From an uncultured Clostridia bacterium (GTDB taxonomy: Bacteria; Bacillota; Clostridia; Christensenellales; UBA3700): a DNA stretch of 64,000 nucleotides. A model generated the notes under the pieces. The model was given only the letters and a program-made list of their open reading frames with translations. It was not told the DNA's origin and did no database searches. The position numbers and the translations under genes were made by a program. Within the stretch, counting starts at the first letter, position 1, and each line of letters begins with the position of its first letter. Below, in pieces: positions 31,144 through 40,171 of the stretch. Location: positions 10,071-74,070 of the forward strand of contig CAMFVQ010000012.1 of the NCBI GenBank assembly GCA_945992255.1, in the 5' to 3' direction.

Positions 31144-32268
31144 TTATTTACATTCTTGCAATGCATTTGTTATTATGCTGATTGTTTGATCGTCGAGATA
31201 TGGGTGCATTGGTATACTCATAACTCTTCCGCAAAGGCTTTCTGCAACTTTCAAATCATCCAAATTGAAATCATATCCCTTGAACGCACTTTGTTTGTGC
31301 ATAGGGATTGGATAATATACCATTGTTGGAATGCCTTTATCTTTAAGTTTTGCTTGCATTTGTTCTCTTTGCTCAGTGCTGTCCAAAATCAAAGTATATT
31401 GTGCCCAACTACTCTCAAAGCCTTGTGGCACAAATGGTGTTACAAAGTCTTTGGACAACAATTCATCGTATTTGCTCGCAATCACGTTCCTATCTCTAAG
31501 CTCATATTGTTCAAAAGCATGCAACTTTGGCAACAATATTCCCGCTTGAATTGTGTCAAGACGAGAGTTGTATCCAATTCGCACATTATCGTATTTATAA
31601 CTTCCTTTTCCATGCACAGCAAGTGATGACATCAAAGCAAAATACTCATCATTGTCAGTAAAAATAGCTCCGCCATCGCCATAACAGCCAAGTGGTTTTG
31701 CTGGGAAAAATGATGTGGTTGCTATATCACCAAAAGAACAAGCTTTCTTGCCATTGATACTTCCGCCAAAACCTTGCGCTCCATCTTCGATTATTGGTAG
31801 GTTATATTTGTCAGTTACTTCTCTAATTGCAGGGAAATCAGCTGGTTGACCAAACAAATCCACCACCACTACACACTTTGGATTTAGTTTTCCTTCTTTG
31901 ATTACTTGCTCGATTGCTTTTTCCAGCTTTTTGCTATCAAGGTTGAATGTCCTTTCATCTACATCAACAAAAATGCAAGTTGCACCTTCTAGAGCAACCG
32001 TTTCAGCGCTAGCAAAAAATGTAAATGTTGGAACAAATACTGCATCTCCCTCACCTACATTCAAGCATCTTAGCGCAATAGTCAAAGCATCTGTACCATT
32101 GGCACAAGTCAAACAGTGCTTTACGCCACAATATGTAGCAAGCTCGTTGGACAAGGTTTTTACCTCTTCTCCGCCGATATAGTGACCTTCATCTATCACT
32201 TTCATTACATTTGCATCAATTTGTTCTTTTAGAACTTGATATTGCTTTTTCAAATCAATAAATTGCAT
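31144..32268 (-). CDS. DegT/DnrJ/EryC1 aminotransferase, WbpE/WlbC-like
   Basis: A sugar aminotransferase fold (GDIATTSFFPAKPLGCYGDGG) within the WbpA/B/D gene context. Confidence 0.8.
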   Translation of the reverse strand: MQFIDLKKQYQVLKEQIDANVMKVIDEGHYIGGEEVKTLSNELATYCGVKHCLTCANGTDALTIALRCLNVGEGDAVFVPTFTFFASAETVALEGATCIFVDVDERTFNLDSKKLEKAIEQVIKEGKLNPKCVVVVDLFGQPADFPAIREVTDKYNLPIIEDGAQGFGGSINGKKACSFGDIATTSFFPAKPLGCYGDGGAIFTDNDEYFALMSSLAVHGKGSYKYDNVRIGYNSRLDTIQAGILLPKLHAFEQYELRDRNVIASKYDELLSKDFVTPFVPQGFESSWAQYTLILDSTEQREQMQAKLKDKGIPTMVYYPIPMHKQSAFKGYDFNLDDLKVAESLCGRVMSIPMHPYLDDQTISIITNALQECK

Positions 32269-32269
32269 T

Positions 32270-33523
32270 CTATTTTCTCCTTTGACTTTTTACAGGGTGG
32301 TCGATGGCATATTGCATAACATTTTCAAGTTTTTGTGTCAAAATCTTATAATCATATTCTTTTACACCTTGTTTTGCATTGTCGCACATTTGCTCATATT
32401 CTTCTTTTGGCAAATTGTATATTTGCATAATAGCCTTTGCTATATCTTTCGATTCTTGACTATCCAAGCTAATACCACAGTGATTTTTCTCAATTATATC
32501 ATAATTAACTTTTACGGTAGAAATAATAGGTTTACCTGCATTCATATAGTCAAACAACTTATTCCAACTCACACCATAATTACTTATACTTGTATTCATA
32601 ACAGAAACAATAGTCAAACTAGCTTTTGACAATATATATGGAATATATTTTTTCTCAACTTTTCCTTTGAACACAATATTTGTCAAATTGTGTTCTTGGC
32701 AATATTGTTCCAAATCAGCACGAGCATCGCCATTGCCATACAACAAAAACTTTATTTTTGGACAATCTCTAAGTTCTTCTGCGGCTTTTACAAGCTTGTC
32801 CACAGCGTTGGCAGTACGAATCGAACCTGTATAAATTATTTTGAAACTATCATCATCCAAATCTTTATCTTCAAAAGAATTTTCCTTTCTTTGAATTTCT
32901 TGCTCTTCTAGGTCAATACCATTGTTGATATAGAAAACTTTATTCAAATCAATTTTGGAGCTCCAACCTTTGTCGATGATATAATCCTTTCCACCTTCCA
33001 TAGAGAAAACAATTGCGTTAGACTGCTTGTACATTCTCTTTTCCGCTTGATAAAGCATTTTGATAATTGGATTGGAATTGCTCATGTTTTTATATTCCAC
33101 AATGGACAATGGCCACAAATCTCGTATCTCCGAAACAAAAGCTATACCATATTTTTTAGCGAACTTATTTATTCCATAATAATTGATACAATTACAATCG
33201 GCTACAATCACATCAGGTTTGGCAAACTTCTTCATAATTGACAAAAATCTAAATTGGAATTGCAAAAGATTAAGCACTCTTTTTGCCCCACTACCTTTAT
33301 ATTGATCGCAACGTATATGTACGTATTTCAATCCATCATATTCTTTTTCGACATATTTAGATTTATCCTCTATCAAATTTATATCAGTATTGTGAATTGT
33401 GCTTGCCGTAATCAACAATACCTCATGTCCCATCTCTTGCAAATACTTCGCATATCGAATAGTTTTAACTCTTTCTTCAAGATGCGGTGGCATTGCATAA
33501 TGACTAACCAACCATATTTTCAT
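32270..33523 (-). CDS. Glycosyltransferase family 4
   Basis: 417 aa. MKIWLVSHYAMPP... is a WbuB-like N-terminus and the C-terminal half is GT-B. Confidence 0.7.
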   Translation of the reverse strand: MKIWLVSHYAMPPHLEERVKTIRYAKYLQEMGHEVLLITASTIHNTDINLIEDKSKYVEKEYDGLKYVHIRCDQYKGSGAKRVLNLLQFQFRFLSIMKKFAKPDVIVADCNCINYYGINKFAKKYGIAFVSEIRDLWPLSIVEYKNMSNSNPIIKMLYQAEKRMYKQSNAIVFSMEGGKDYIIDKGWSSKIDLNKVFYINNGIDLEEQEIQRKENSFEDKDLDDDSFKIIYTGSIRTANAVDKLVKAAEELRDCPKIKFLLYGNGDARADLEQYCQEHNLTNIVFKGKVEKKYIPYILSKASLTIVSVMNTSISNYGVSWNKLFDYMNAGKPIISTVKVNYDIIEKNHCGISLDSQESKDIAKAIMQIYNLPKEEYEQMCDNAKQGVKEYDYKILTQKLENVMQYAIDHPVKSQRRK

Positions 33524-33526
33524 ATC

Positions 33527-35338
33527 CTACCTCACTTCAATTTTTATATTTTTCATTGCTTGAGAACAAGCATTTTCTGCATCTGCCATACTATCAGCTT
33601 GAGCAACAACATATCCCACCCTGTCTGCACTAGAGTGTATGTCTTCTATTTTGTCACCAATATGCTTAAAAAATCCTATCTCTTTGACATTTTCAACTTT
33701 TTCGGCTTGTTCTATGCCATCTATTTTTTCCAAAGTTCCTATCTCTCCTTTGATAAACTTGATGACGCTAGTTTTGGAAAGTTTTGGTTCCAACTCTACT
33801 TTTTCTCCCAAAGCACACAAAATTGTTTGTTTGGTCATATCAATCCCTGTTGACAAAGGTACAAGATGCGAAGTGATACAATCCCCTCCCATGCGAGCTC
33901 CCATTTCTATCATTCGAGCATTATCATTCTTTACCATCATTTCCAAATGTGCTGGTCCATTGGTCAACCCAACTGCCGTCACGGCTTTTTGTGCAACATC
34001 TTTGATAGACTCTTGTGCTTGTTTGCTTAACTTTGTAGGTTGGGAGTGTCCCATTTCTACAAAATGTGGCGCACCTGTTGTAAGTTTGTCAGTAATTTGT
34101 AGGACGTTGGCAACACCATCTACCACAAAAGTTTCTACACTTACCTCATCGCCTGTCATATATTCTTCTATCAACACTACTCCATCACGAGAACTTGAGT
34201 GCGCATATTCATAGTTTTGGTTCAATTCTTCAAAGCTGTGACACAACACCACTCCACGACTACCCGAATTATCTGAAGGTTTCATAATACAAGGAAAAAT
34301 GAATTTTTCTTTGTTTTCCACCAACTGCTCGATGTTGGATATTTCCCAAAACATTGGACTTGGCACACCATTGCTTGCGAAGCTCTTAATCATTGCTACC
34401 TTGTCAGTGCATTTGAATGCGCAATCTTGCGAAATACCGTTCAATCCTGTTTTTTCACACACATACGCAATAGCTCTCATAGGCATATCAGTCGCCATTG
34501 TAGCAATGCCGTCTGGTTTATATTCTTGAGCCACCTTAAGCAATGCTTCTTTATCGATTGTGCTTGCATTGAAGTATTTGTCCGCCAGACTTATACCCAC
34601 TGCATTTGGATTGTAGTCAGCAACAGCAACTTCCAATCCCATTTCTTTAGCTTTTTGTATTGCTGGCACCTGCAAAATACTTGCGCCAACTATCAATATC
34701 TTTTTCCCAATCAACTCTATATTCTCATCAGCAGCTGAATCAACTCTTTGTTGATCTATATAAACATTTTCTCTCTTGACAATTGTTTGAATAGTCTTGA
34801 AAAAAATCTTAATATCCAACCACATAGAAATGTTGTGAGCATAATAATTATCATTGCTGATTTTCTCTTGAGAATCCACACTATTACGAAAATATGCTTG
34901 GCTATATCCAGTCACACCCGGTCTAACTTTCAAAAAATCTTTTTGATCTTCTCTATATTTATCCAACCAATCCACAGGGTCTGGTCTAGGACCAATAAGA
35001 CTCATTTGTCCCACGAAAATATTGAAAAATTGTGGCAATTCATCTATAGATGTTGCACGCAAAAATTTTCCAACTTTAGTCACACGTGGATCATCTTCCG
35101 CATTATATGTAGAGCCATCTTCCAATCTAATATCTGGCGCATTGACTTTCATCGAGCGGAATTTTATCATCTTAAATGGTTTACCATTACGTCCTATTCT
35201 CTTACCACAATAAAAAACCGGACCTCCGTCCTCACACTTAATTGCAATAGCAATCGGTATAAACAATAACAGCAAGAATGGCATCGCAATCAATGCCACC
35301 ATAAAATCAAAAAATCTTTTAACAACTTTGTTATACAT
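33527..35338 (-). CDS. Fusion of a small (PglC-type) phosphoglycosyl transferase and an ATP-grasp ligase domain
   Basis: Residues 1 to about 195 are bacterial sugar transferase (re-entrant helix FFDFMVALIAMPFLLLLFIP, KMIKFRSM, DELPQFFNIFVGQMSLIGPRP). Residues from about 215 to 603 are ATP-grasp (KKILIVGAS..., PCIMKPSDNSGSRGV, VLIEEYMTGDEVSVE, IEMGARMGG). It is a single 603-codon frame. Confidence 0.8.
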   Translation of the reverse strand: MYNKVVKRFFDFMVALIAMPFLLLLFIPIAIAIKCEDGGPVFYCGKRIGRNGKPFKMIKFRSMKVNAPDIRLEDGSTYNAEDDPRVTKVGKFLRATSIDELPQFFNIFVGQMSLIGPRPDPVDWLDKYREDQKDFLKVRPGVTGYSQAYFRNSVDSQEKISNDNYYAHNISMWLDIKIFFKTIQTIVKRENVYIDQQRVDSAADENIELIGKKILIVGASILQVPAIQKAKEMGLEVAVADYNPNAVGISLADKYFNASTIDKEALLKVAQEYKPDGIATMATDMPMRAIAYVCEKTGLNGISQDCAFKCTDKVAMIKSFASNGVPSPMFWEISNIEQLVENKEKFIFPCIMKPSDNSGSRGVVLCHSFEELNQNYEYAHSSSRDGVVLIEEYMTGDEVSVETFVVDGVANVLQITDKLTTGAPHFVEMGHSQPTKLSKQAQESIKDVAQKAVTAVGLTNGPAHLEMMVKNDNARMIEMGARMGGDCITSHLVPLSTGIDMTKQTILCALGEKVELEPKLSKTSVIKFIKGEIGTLEKIDGIEQAEKVENVKEIGFFKHIGDKIEDIHSSADRVGYVVAQADSMADAENACSQAMKNIKIEVR

Positions 35339-35369
35339 TTTCTATCCTCATTTTTATTTTGCTCAAACT

Positions 35370-36578
35370 TTATATTCTAGACTTCACCTTTTGGACACAT
35401 TCTACAAAGTTGTGAATGATATATTCCACTTCTTCATCAGTGAGCAATGTATGCAATGGAAGTGTGATTTCCCTTGTATATCTTGCATGTGCGTTAGGAT
35501 AATTGGCAATGTCAAATCCCAAAGCCTTGTATGCGGTAAACATAGGCAGTGGCTTATAATGCACGTTGGTTGCAATGCCACGCTTAGCCATTTCGATGAT
35601 GATTTCGTTGCGTTGTTGCTCGGTTATGCCATACACGTTGGCAAGGTATAGGTGACCGCTAGATGCCCAGTCTTCGCCAAAATATGACACAGGTTGGGCA
35701 ATGCCTTCAAAAGCCTTGTCATATCTAGAGATAATCTCTTTTCTGCGAGCAAGCAAGCTGTCGTATCTGTCCAGTTGAGCAAGTCCTATGCCAGCCATAA
35801 TGTCAGTCATATTGCACTTTTGACCGCACATAACAATGTCGTATTCCCATGCGCCGATTTGAGTCTTAGCCAAAGCATCCTTGCTTTGTCCGTGGAGTGA
35901 CCACAACATAAATTGTTTGTACAACCACTCATTGTCAATGCCCTCAATATCACGCCAAGTCACAGCTCCACCTTCTGCGGTAGTCAAATTCTTTACAGCG
36001 TGGAAGCTAAACGAAGAAAAGTCTGCCACAGCTCCCGCCATCACGCCCTTTCTGCTAGCGCCAAAGCTGTGTGCACAATCTGCAAGCAATATCACTCTGC
36101 CGATAGCTTTTTGAATGTCGCCTTGTGGATTGAACATATCTTTTTTGCTCTCGACAATCTTCCACAACTGGTCATAGTCGCACACATTGCCTGCAATATC
36201 GACAGGAATAATCACTTTTGTTTTGGCGGTGATAAGAGTGGCGAGTTGGTCATAATCCATCTCATAGCTATCTTTGGCAGTGTCACAAAGCACCAACTTT
36301 GCACCCACGTGTTCTACCACGCTTGCACTGGCAGTGTAAGTGTATGCACTGGTGATGACTTCATCACCCTCGCCCACACCCAATATACGCAAAACAAGCT
36401 CCAACCCAGCTGTTGCTGAGTTAAGGCATACTGCCTTGCTTACACCACAATATGTGGCAATTCTTCTCTCGAATTCTTTAGTCTTTGGTCCAGTAGTAAT
36501 CCATCCTGACTTCAACGCATCGACGACTTGATCAATCTCGCTTTGGCTTATGTCAGGTGGAGAAAATTTTATATTCAT
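35370..36578 (-). CDS. DegT/DnrJ/EryC1-family sugar aminotransferase (PglE/EpsN-like); first gene of the locus
   Basis: It has SGWITTGPKTKEFE, DCAHSFGA and SFHAVKNLTTAEGG (PLP lysine region). Confidence 0.8.
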   Translation of the reverse strand: MNIKFSPPDISQSEIDQVVDALKSGWITTGPKTKEFERRIATYCGVSKAVCLNSATAGLELVLRILGVGEGDEVITSAYTYTASASVVEHVGAKLVLCDTAKDSYEMDYDQLATLITAKTKVIIPVDIAGNVCDYDQLWKIVESKKDMFNPQGDIQKAIGRVILLADCAHSFGASRKGVMAGAVADFSSFSFHAVKNLTTAEGGAVTWRDIEGIDNEWLYKQFMLWSLHGQSKDALAKTQIGAWEYDIVMCGQKCNMTDIMAGIGLAQLDRYDSLLARRKEIISRYDKAFEGIAQPVSYFGEDWASSGHLYLANVYGITEQQRNEIIIEMAKRGIATNVHYKPLPMFTAYKALGFDIANYPNAHARYTREITLPLHTLLTDEEVEYIIHNFVECVQKVKSRI

Positions 36579-36774
36579 TGTTTGCCTCTTTACTTATATT
36601 TTATATATTATAACACTATAATAGGCTTTATGACAATAGTTTTACCCATCTTAAAACAAAATGTATATTATAAATATTGTGCATACTTTCACTTTTCGTC
36701 AATTTTCTTTTCATTTATTAACTTTTTCGCTTTTCGTTTTTGCTCTATCACGGGCAAAATTGTTGCATGATTTT

Positions 36775-36812
36775 TCCAAAAATCTCGATATGTATCGTCT
36801 TTTTGATATATT
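36775..36812 (+). repeat. Recurrent palindromic element, copy d
   Basis: AAAAATCTCGATATGTATCGTCTTTTTGATATATTT lies in the divergent intergenic region upstream of the ferritin promoter. Confidence 0.7.
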
Positions 36813-36835
36813 TTCAAGAATTTTCACCTTAGATA

Positions 36836-36864
36836 TTGCAATTAAATCCGTTTGCGTTTATAAT
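36836..36864 (+). promoter_or_regulatory. Ferritin promoter
   Basis: TTGCAA (36836..36841), 17 nt, then TATAAT (36859..36864). Confidence 0.6.
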
Positions 36865-36908
36865 ATTCGTATAGGCATTTGTTGCCGACCAAACACAAGG
36901 AGATTATT

Positions 36909-37421
36909 ATGCTAAACGAAAAAGTTGCTCAACTTCTCAACGAACAAATCAACAAAGAATTTTATTCTGCATATCTCTATTTGGACTTTTCCAACTATTT
37001 CGAGGCAAAAGGTCTAAACGGATTTGCCAACTGGTACAAGGTTCAAGCCCAAGAAGAGCGTGACCACGCAATGCTTATGTACCAATACCTCCAAAACAAC
37101 AACGAGCGTGTTGTACTCGATGCGATTGCCAAGCCAAACGTTGTCCTCACCGACAATATGAGCGTACTCAAAGCTGGACTTGACCACGAGTATTATGTGA
37201 CTTCTCTCATCAACAATATCTATGCCGCAGCTTATGACGTGAGAGATTTCCGCACAATGCAATTTTTGGACTGGTTTGTCAAAGAGCAAGGCGAAGAAGA
37301 AACCAATGCCAACGACCTCATTTCCAAGCTAGAATTGTTCGGCTCTGATCCAAAGAGTTTGTATATGCTCAACAACGAACTAGCTGCCCGTGTGTACAAT
37401 CCGCCATCACTCGTACTATAA
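36909..37421 (+). CDS. ftn: Non-haem ferritin
   Basis: MLNEKVAQLLNEQINKEFYSAYLYLDFSNYFEAKGLNGFANWYKVQAQEERDHAM carries the ferroxidase-site E/ExxH pattern. ATG at 36909 follows AAGGAGA. Confidence 0.9.
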   Translation: MLNEKVAQLLNEQINKEFYSAYLYLDFSNYFEAKGLNGFANWYKVQAQEERDHAMLMYQYLQNNNERVVLDAIAKPNVVLTDNMSVLKAGLDHEYYVTSLINNIYAAAYDVRDFRTMQFLDWFVKEQGEEETNANDLISKLELFGSDPKSLYMLNNELAARVYNPPSLVL

Positions 37422-37449
37422 ATTTGGCGTAGATTGCACAAGGAGCATT

Positions 37450-37623
37450 ATGGATTTTACTCAAACAACAATTTACACTGTCCAAGAGATATGTGGCGAC
37501 TATGCTATTTTGGTTGACCAAAATGGCGAAACTTTTGATATCAGCGTGTTCCTACTCCCCCACGATTTGATGGTGGGCGACCAGCTCCAATGCGTGAACA
37601 TGCTCGAATATAAAAAGATATAA
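37450..37623 (+). CDS. Small protein, DUF3006-like (tentative)
   Basis: 57 aa, MDFTQTTIYTVQEICGDYAILVDQNGETFDISVFLLPHDLMVGDQLQ..., with RBS AAGGAG. Confidence 0.5.
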   Translation: MDFTQTTIYTVQEICGDYAILVDQNGETFDISVFLLPHDLMVGDQLQCVNMLEYKKI

Positions 37624-37626
37624 ATC

Positions 37627-37646
37627 TCGATATGTATCGACTTTTT
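37627..37646 (+). repeat. Recurrent palindromic element, copy e
   Basis: TCGATATGTATCGACTTTTTG starts 4 nt after the stop codon and runs directly into a strong terminator. Confidence 0.7.
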
Positions 37647-37680
37647 GCGGAGTGATAGTCCTATCACTCCGCTTTTATTT
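37647..37680 (+). terminator. Intrinsic terminator
   Basis: GCGGAGTGATA-GTCC-TATCACTCCGC followed by TTTTATTT. Confidence 0.8.
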
Positions 37681-37840
37681 GCCAATTTTCCAATTTACTT
37701 TATTCTTTTCTTTTCAACGATTTACCACTCCAACCGCTACACTTTTCAAGTTCCAGCGCCGTGTTTTAATTGCTTTTCTTGCAAAAAAATAGACTGACGT
37801 GCGCCAGTCTATTTTGCTATTTATATTATTTTATCTGCTT

Positions 37841-38749
37841 TTATCCTTGGTTTTGGCTGTTCTCATATTCGGTGATTTTCTCATCGAAATATTCTTTTCC
37901 GTAAGTTTTTACCTCGTTCAACACACAATACAAATTTTCCATAGCCTCGACTTCTTGCCCATTGACATTCAGTGTGATATTTCGTCTAAATCCGCCCACA
38001 TATCTATCGTACACCACATCGCCCACTTTCATTTGGGTGACTTTGCCGTCTGCGTCTTTGACAAAACTTACTGCACAAGTTTCCACCTTTTGCACCTTGT
38101 CGGCTTTGAGTGCGGTATAAATGCTAGCACTCGCATTGATGACATCGACATTGACAAATTTATAAATATTTGGGTCATACTGGTTGTATGGATAATCTAT
38201 GCTTGTCTCATACATTCCGGTATATTGATACATTCCATACTCATACACAGGTATATCTCCCACCACGCTTTTGACTGCGCTTAGGTCTTGTGCCTTACTG
38301 ATTTTAGTATACTTAATATCATATCCTCTGGTAAAAAATTTGTTCACTATAGTCCAACGGTCTACAAGTTGTTTTTCATCTTGGAATTTGACCTTATAAA
38401 TCCTTTCTTTATCATCATCTTTTTCCCAAGTTTTTACCGATATTATCTTCTTGTCCTCGTTTTCCTCGTATTGAATTTTGATTTCTTTGGCTTTCATTGG
38501 GGTATCCTTGTCCTTGTAGACATAATATCCCTTGCCATTTTCGCCCAACACAAGATATGACTCAATCTCATAGGTAGTCATCTTGTCAGTTATTCCTTCT
38601 TGCTGATAATACTGCTCTGTGTATTTTGTCAGCTTATATGTACCAACGACATATTTCTTTTTGGCAGGCTTGTTGCACGCCGCCAAACAAGTAAGCATTG
38701 TTCCCAACACCAAAATTATTGTTACAATCGCCACAATTTTCTTTTTCAT
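37841..38749 (-). CDS. Lipoprotein, function unknown
   Basis: MKKKIVAIVTIILVLGTMLTCLAAC is a signal peptide plus lipobox. Confidence 0.7.
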   Translation of the reverse strand: MKKKIVAIVTIILVLGTMLTCLAACNKPAKKKYVVGTYKLTKYTEQYYQQEGITDKMTTYEIESYLVLGENGKGYYVYKDKDTPMKAKEIKIQYEENEDKKIISVKTWEKDDDKERIYKVKFQDEKQLVDRWTIVNKFFTRGYDIKYTKISKAQDLSAVKSVVGDIPVYEYGMYQYTGMYETSIDYPYNQYDPNIYKFVNVDVINASASIYTALKADKVQKVETCAVSFVKDADGKVTQMKVGDVVYDRYVGGFRRNITLNVNGQEVEAMENLYCVLNEVKTYGKEYFDEKITEYENSQNQG

Positions 38750-38915
38750 AACTCCCTCCTTTGGGAAATGTCCCGACTACCTATCGTTCCGTATTATTCG
38801 CTTTTCACACTCTCAGATTTTGTCAATATTGCCGCCTTTTGATAGTATTTTCATTACCATTTATACTACAATTATACCACATAATTGACTCGTTTTCAAT
38901 ATCCCCTGCATTTTA

Positions 38916-38946
38916 CAAAAATATCCACCCCCAAGGAGTGGATATT
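38916..38946 (-). terminator. Terminator of fucO
   Basis: AATATCCAC (38920..38928) and GTGGATATT (38938..38946) form the stem. On the minus strand it is followed by TTTTT. Confidence 0.65.
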
Positions 38947-38998
38947 CGTTTTACTTTTTGATTTTTATCGATTTCCACCCAATGTTGTGATTTTACTA

Positions 38999-40147
38999 TC
39001 ACAACAAGCTCTTGTACAAAGCGATGATATCTTCCTTGGTTGGATCTTTTGGATTGCCAGGTCTGCAAGCATCGTCCATAGCTGATTGGGCAAGGAAGTC
39101 GACATCTTCTTCTTTGACAATACCCTTCAAGTCTTGAGGAATACCCACATCCATAGACAACTTGCGTACAGCGTCAACTGCAGCTTTGCGATATTCTGCT
39201 TGACTCATATTGTCCACACCTTCTACACCCATAGCCCTAGCGATTTCTCTATATTTTTCGCCGGTAGCCTCAGCATTGTATGCCATAACGGTTGGGAGCA
39301 AAATTGCATTGCCCACGCCGTGTGGAGTGTCATAAACAGCACCCAAAGCATGCGCCATAGAGTGTACAATGCCCAGTCCTACATTGGAGAATCCCATACC
39401 TGCAATATATTGACCAAGCGCCATTCCTTCTCTGCCTTCCTTAGTGCCTTCTACAGCGCCACGGAGAGATTTTGATATGATCTCGATAGCTTTGAGATGG
39501 AACATATCTGTCATTTCCCAAGCACCCTTGGTAGTATATCCCTCGATTGCGTGAGTGAGTGCATCCATACCGGTAGAGGCGGTCAAGCCCTTTGGCATAG
39601 TAGACATAAGTTCGCTGTCGATGATTGCCACCACAGGAATATCGTGGACATCAACACACACGAATTTGCGTTGTTTTTCTCTGTCAGTGATAACATAGTT
39701 GATAGTAACTTCCGCAGCAGTACCGGCGGTAGTTGGGAGTGCAATAATTGGCACACTTGGATTTTTGGTTGGAGCAACGCCCTCTAGGCTTCTCACATCG
39801 CCGAACTCTGGATTGGCAACAATAATACCAATAGCCTTGGCAGTATCGATAGAAGAACCGCCTCCCACAGCAAGCAAATAGTCAGCGCCGCTATCTTTGA
39901 AAGCTTTTACACCGGCTAGAACATTTTCGATAGGTGGGTTTGGCACAATGTCGGTATGTACCACATAGTCAAGTCCAGCCTTGTCCAACACGTCGGTAAC
40001 TTTGGCAGTTACGCCCACGCCGAATGTAGCCTTGTCCGAACACACAAAAGCTTTCTTGTAGCCCCTGCTTGGAATGATGTTTGCAAGCTCCGCACGAGAA
40101 CCTGCGCCGTGATAAGATTGTTCATTGAGAACTATTCTGTTTGCCAT
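38999..40147 (-). CDS. fucO: Lactaldehyde reductase / 1,2-propanediol oxidoreductase (Fe-ADH)
   Basis: Long collinear similarity to E. coli FucO as I remember it: MANR..LNE, GADYLLAVGGGSSIDTAKAIG, PTTAGTAAEVTINYVITD, GMDALTHAIEGY and LGIVHSMAHALGAVYDTPHGVGNAILLP. Confidence 0.85.
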   Translation of the reverse strand: MANRIVLNEQSYHGAGSRAELANIIPSRGYKKAFVCSDKATFGVGVTAKVTDVLDKAGLDYVVHTDIVPNPPIENVLAGVKAFKDSGADYLLAVGGGSSIDTAKAIGIIVANPEFGDVRSLEGVAPTKNPSVPIIALPTTAGTAAEVTINYVITDREKQRKFVCVDVHDIPVVAIIDSELMSTMPKGLTASTGMDALTHAIEGYTTKGAWEMTDMFHLKAIEIISKSLRGAVEGTKEGREGMALGQYIAGMGFSNVGLGIVHSMAHALGAVYDTPHGVGNAILLPTVMAYNAEATGEKYREIARAMGVEGVDNMSQAEYRKAAVDAVRKLSMDVGIPQDLKGIVKEEDVDFLAQSAMDDACRPGNPKDPTKEDIIALYKSLL

Positions 40148-40171
40148 AAATTCCTCCTTATATCAACAATT

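Noticed and set aside
30847-35269. Long + strand ORFs inside the polysaccharide locus (for example 30847..31626, 33254..33853, 33639..34214 and 34748..35269).
   Set aside because: All are antisense shadows of minus-strand genes with clear family motifs. AT-rich DNA gives long stop-free antisense frames.
36579-36908. Fur/PerR-type boxes at the ferritin promoter, and likewise at the rubrerythrin promoter (46269..46410).
   Set aside because: Only partial matches are present (for example TTATAATATTCGTAT). None approaches the perfect 7-1-7 palindrome seen at 19753..19767.
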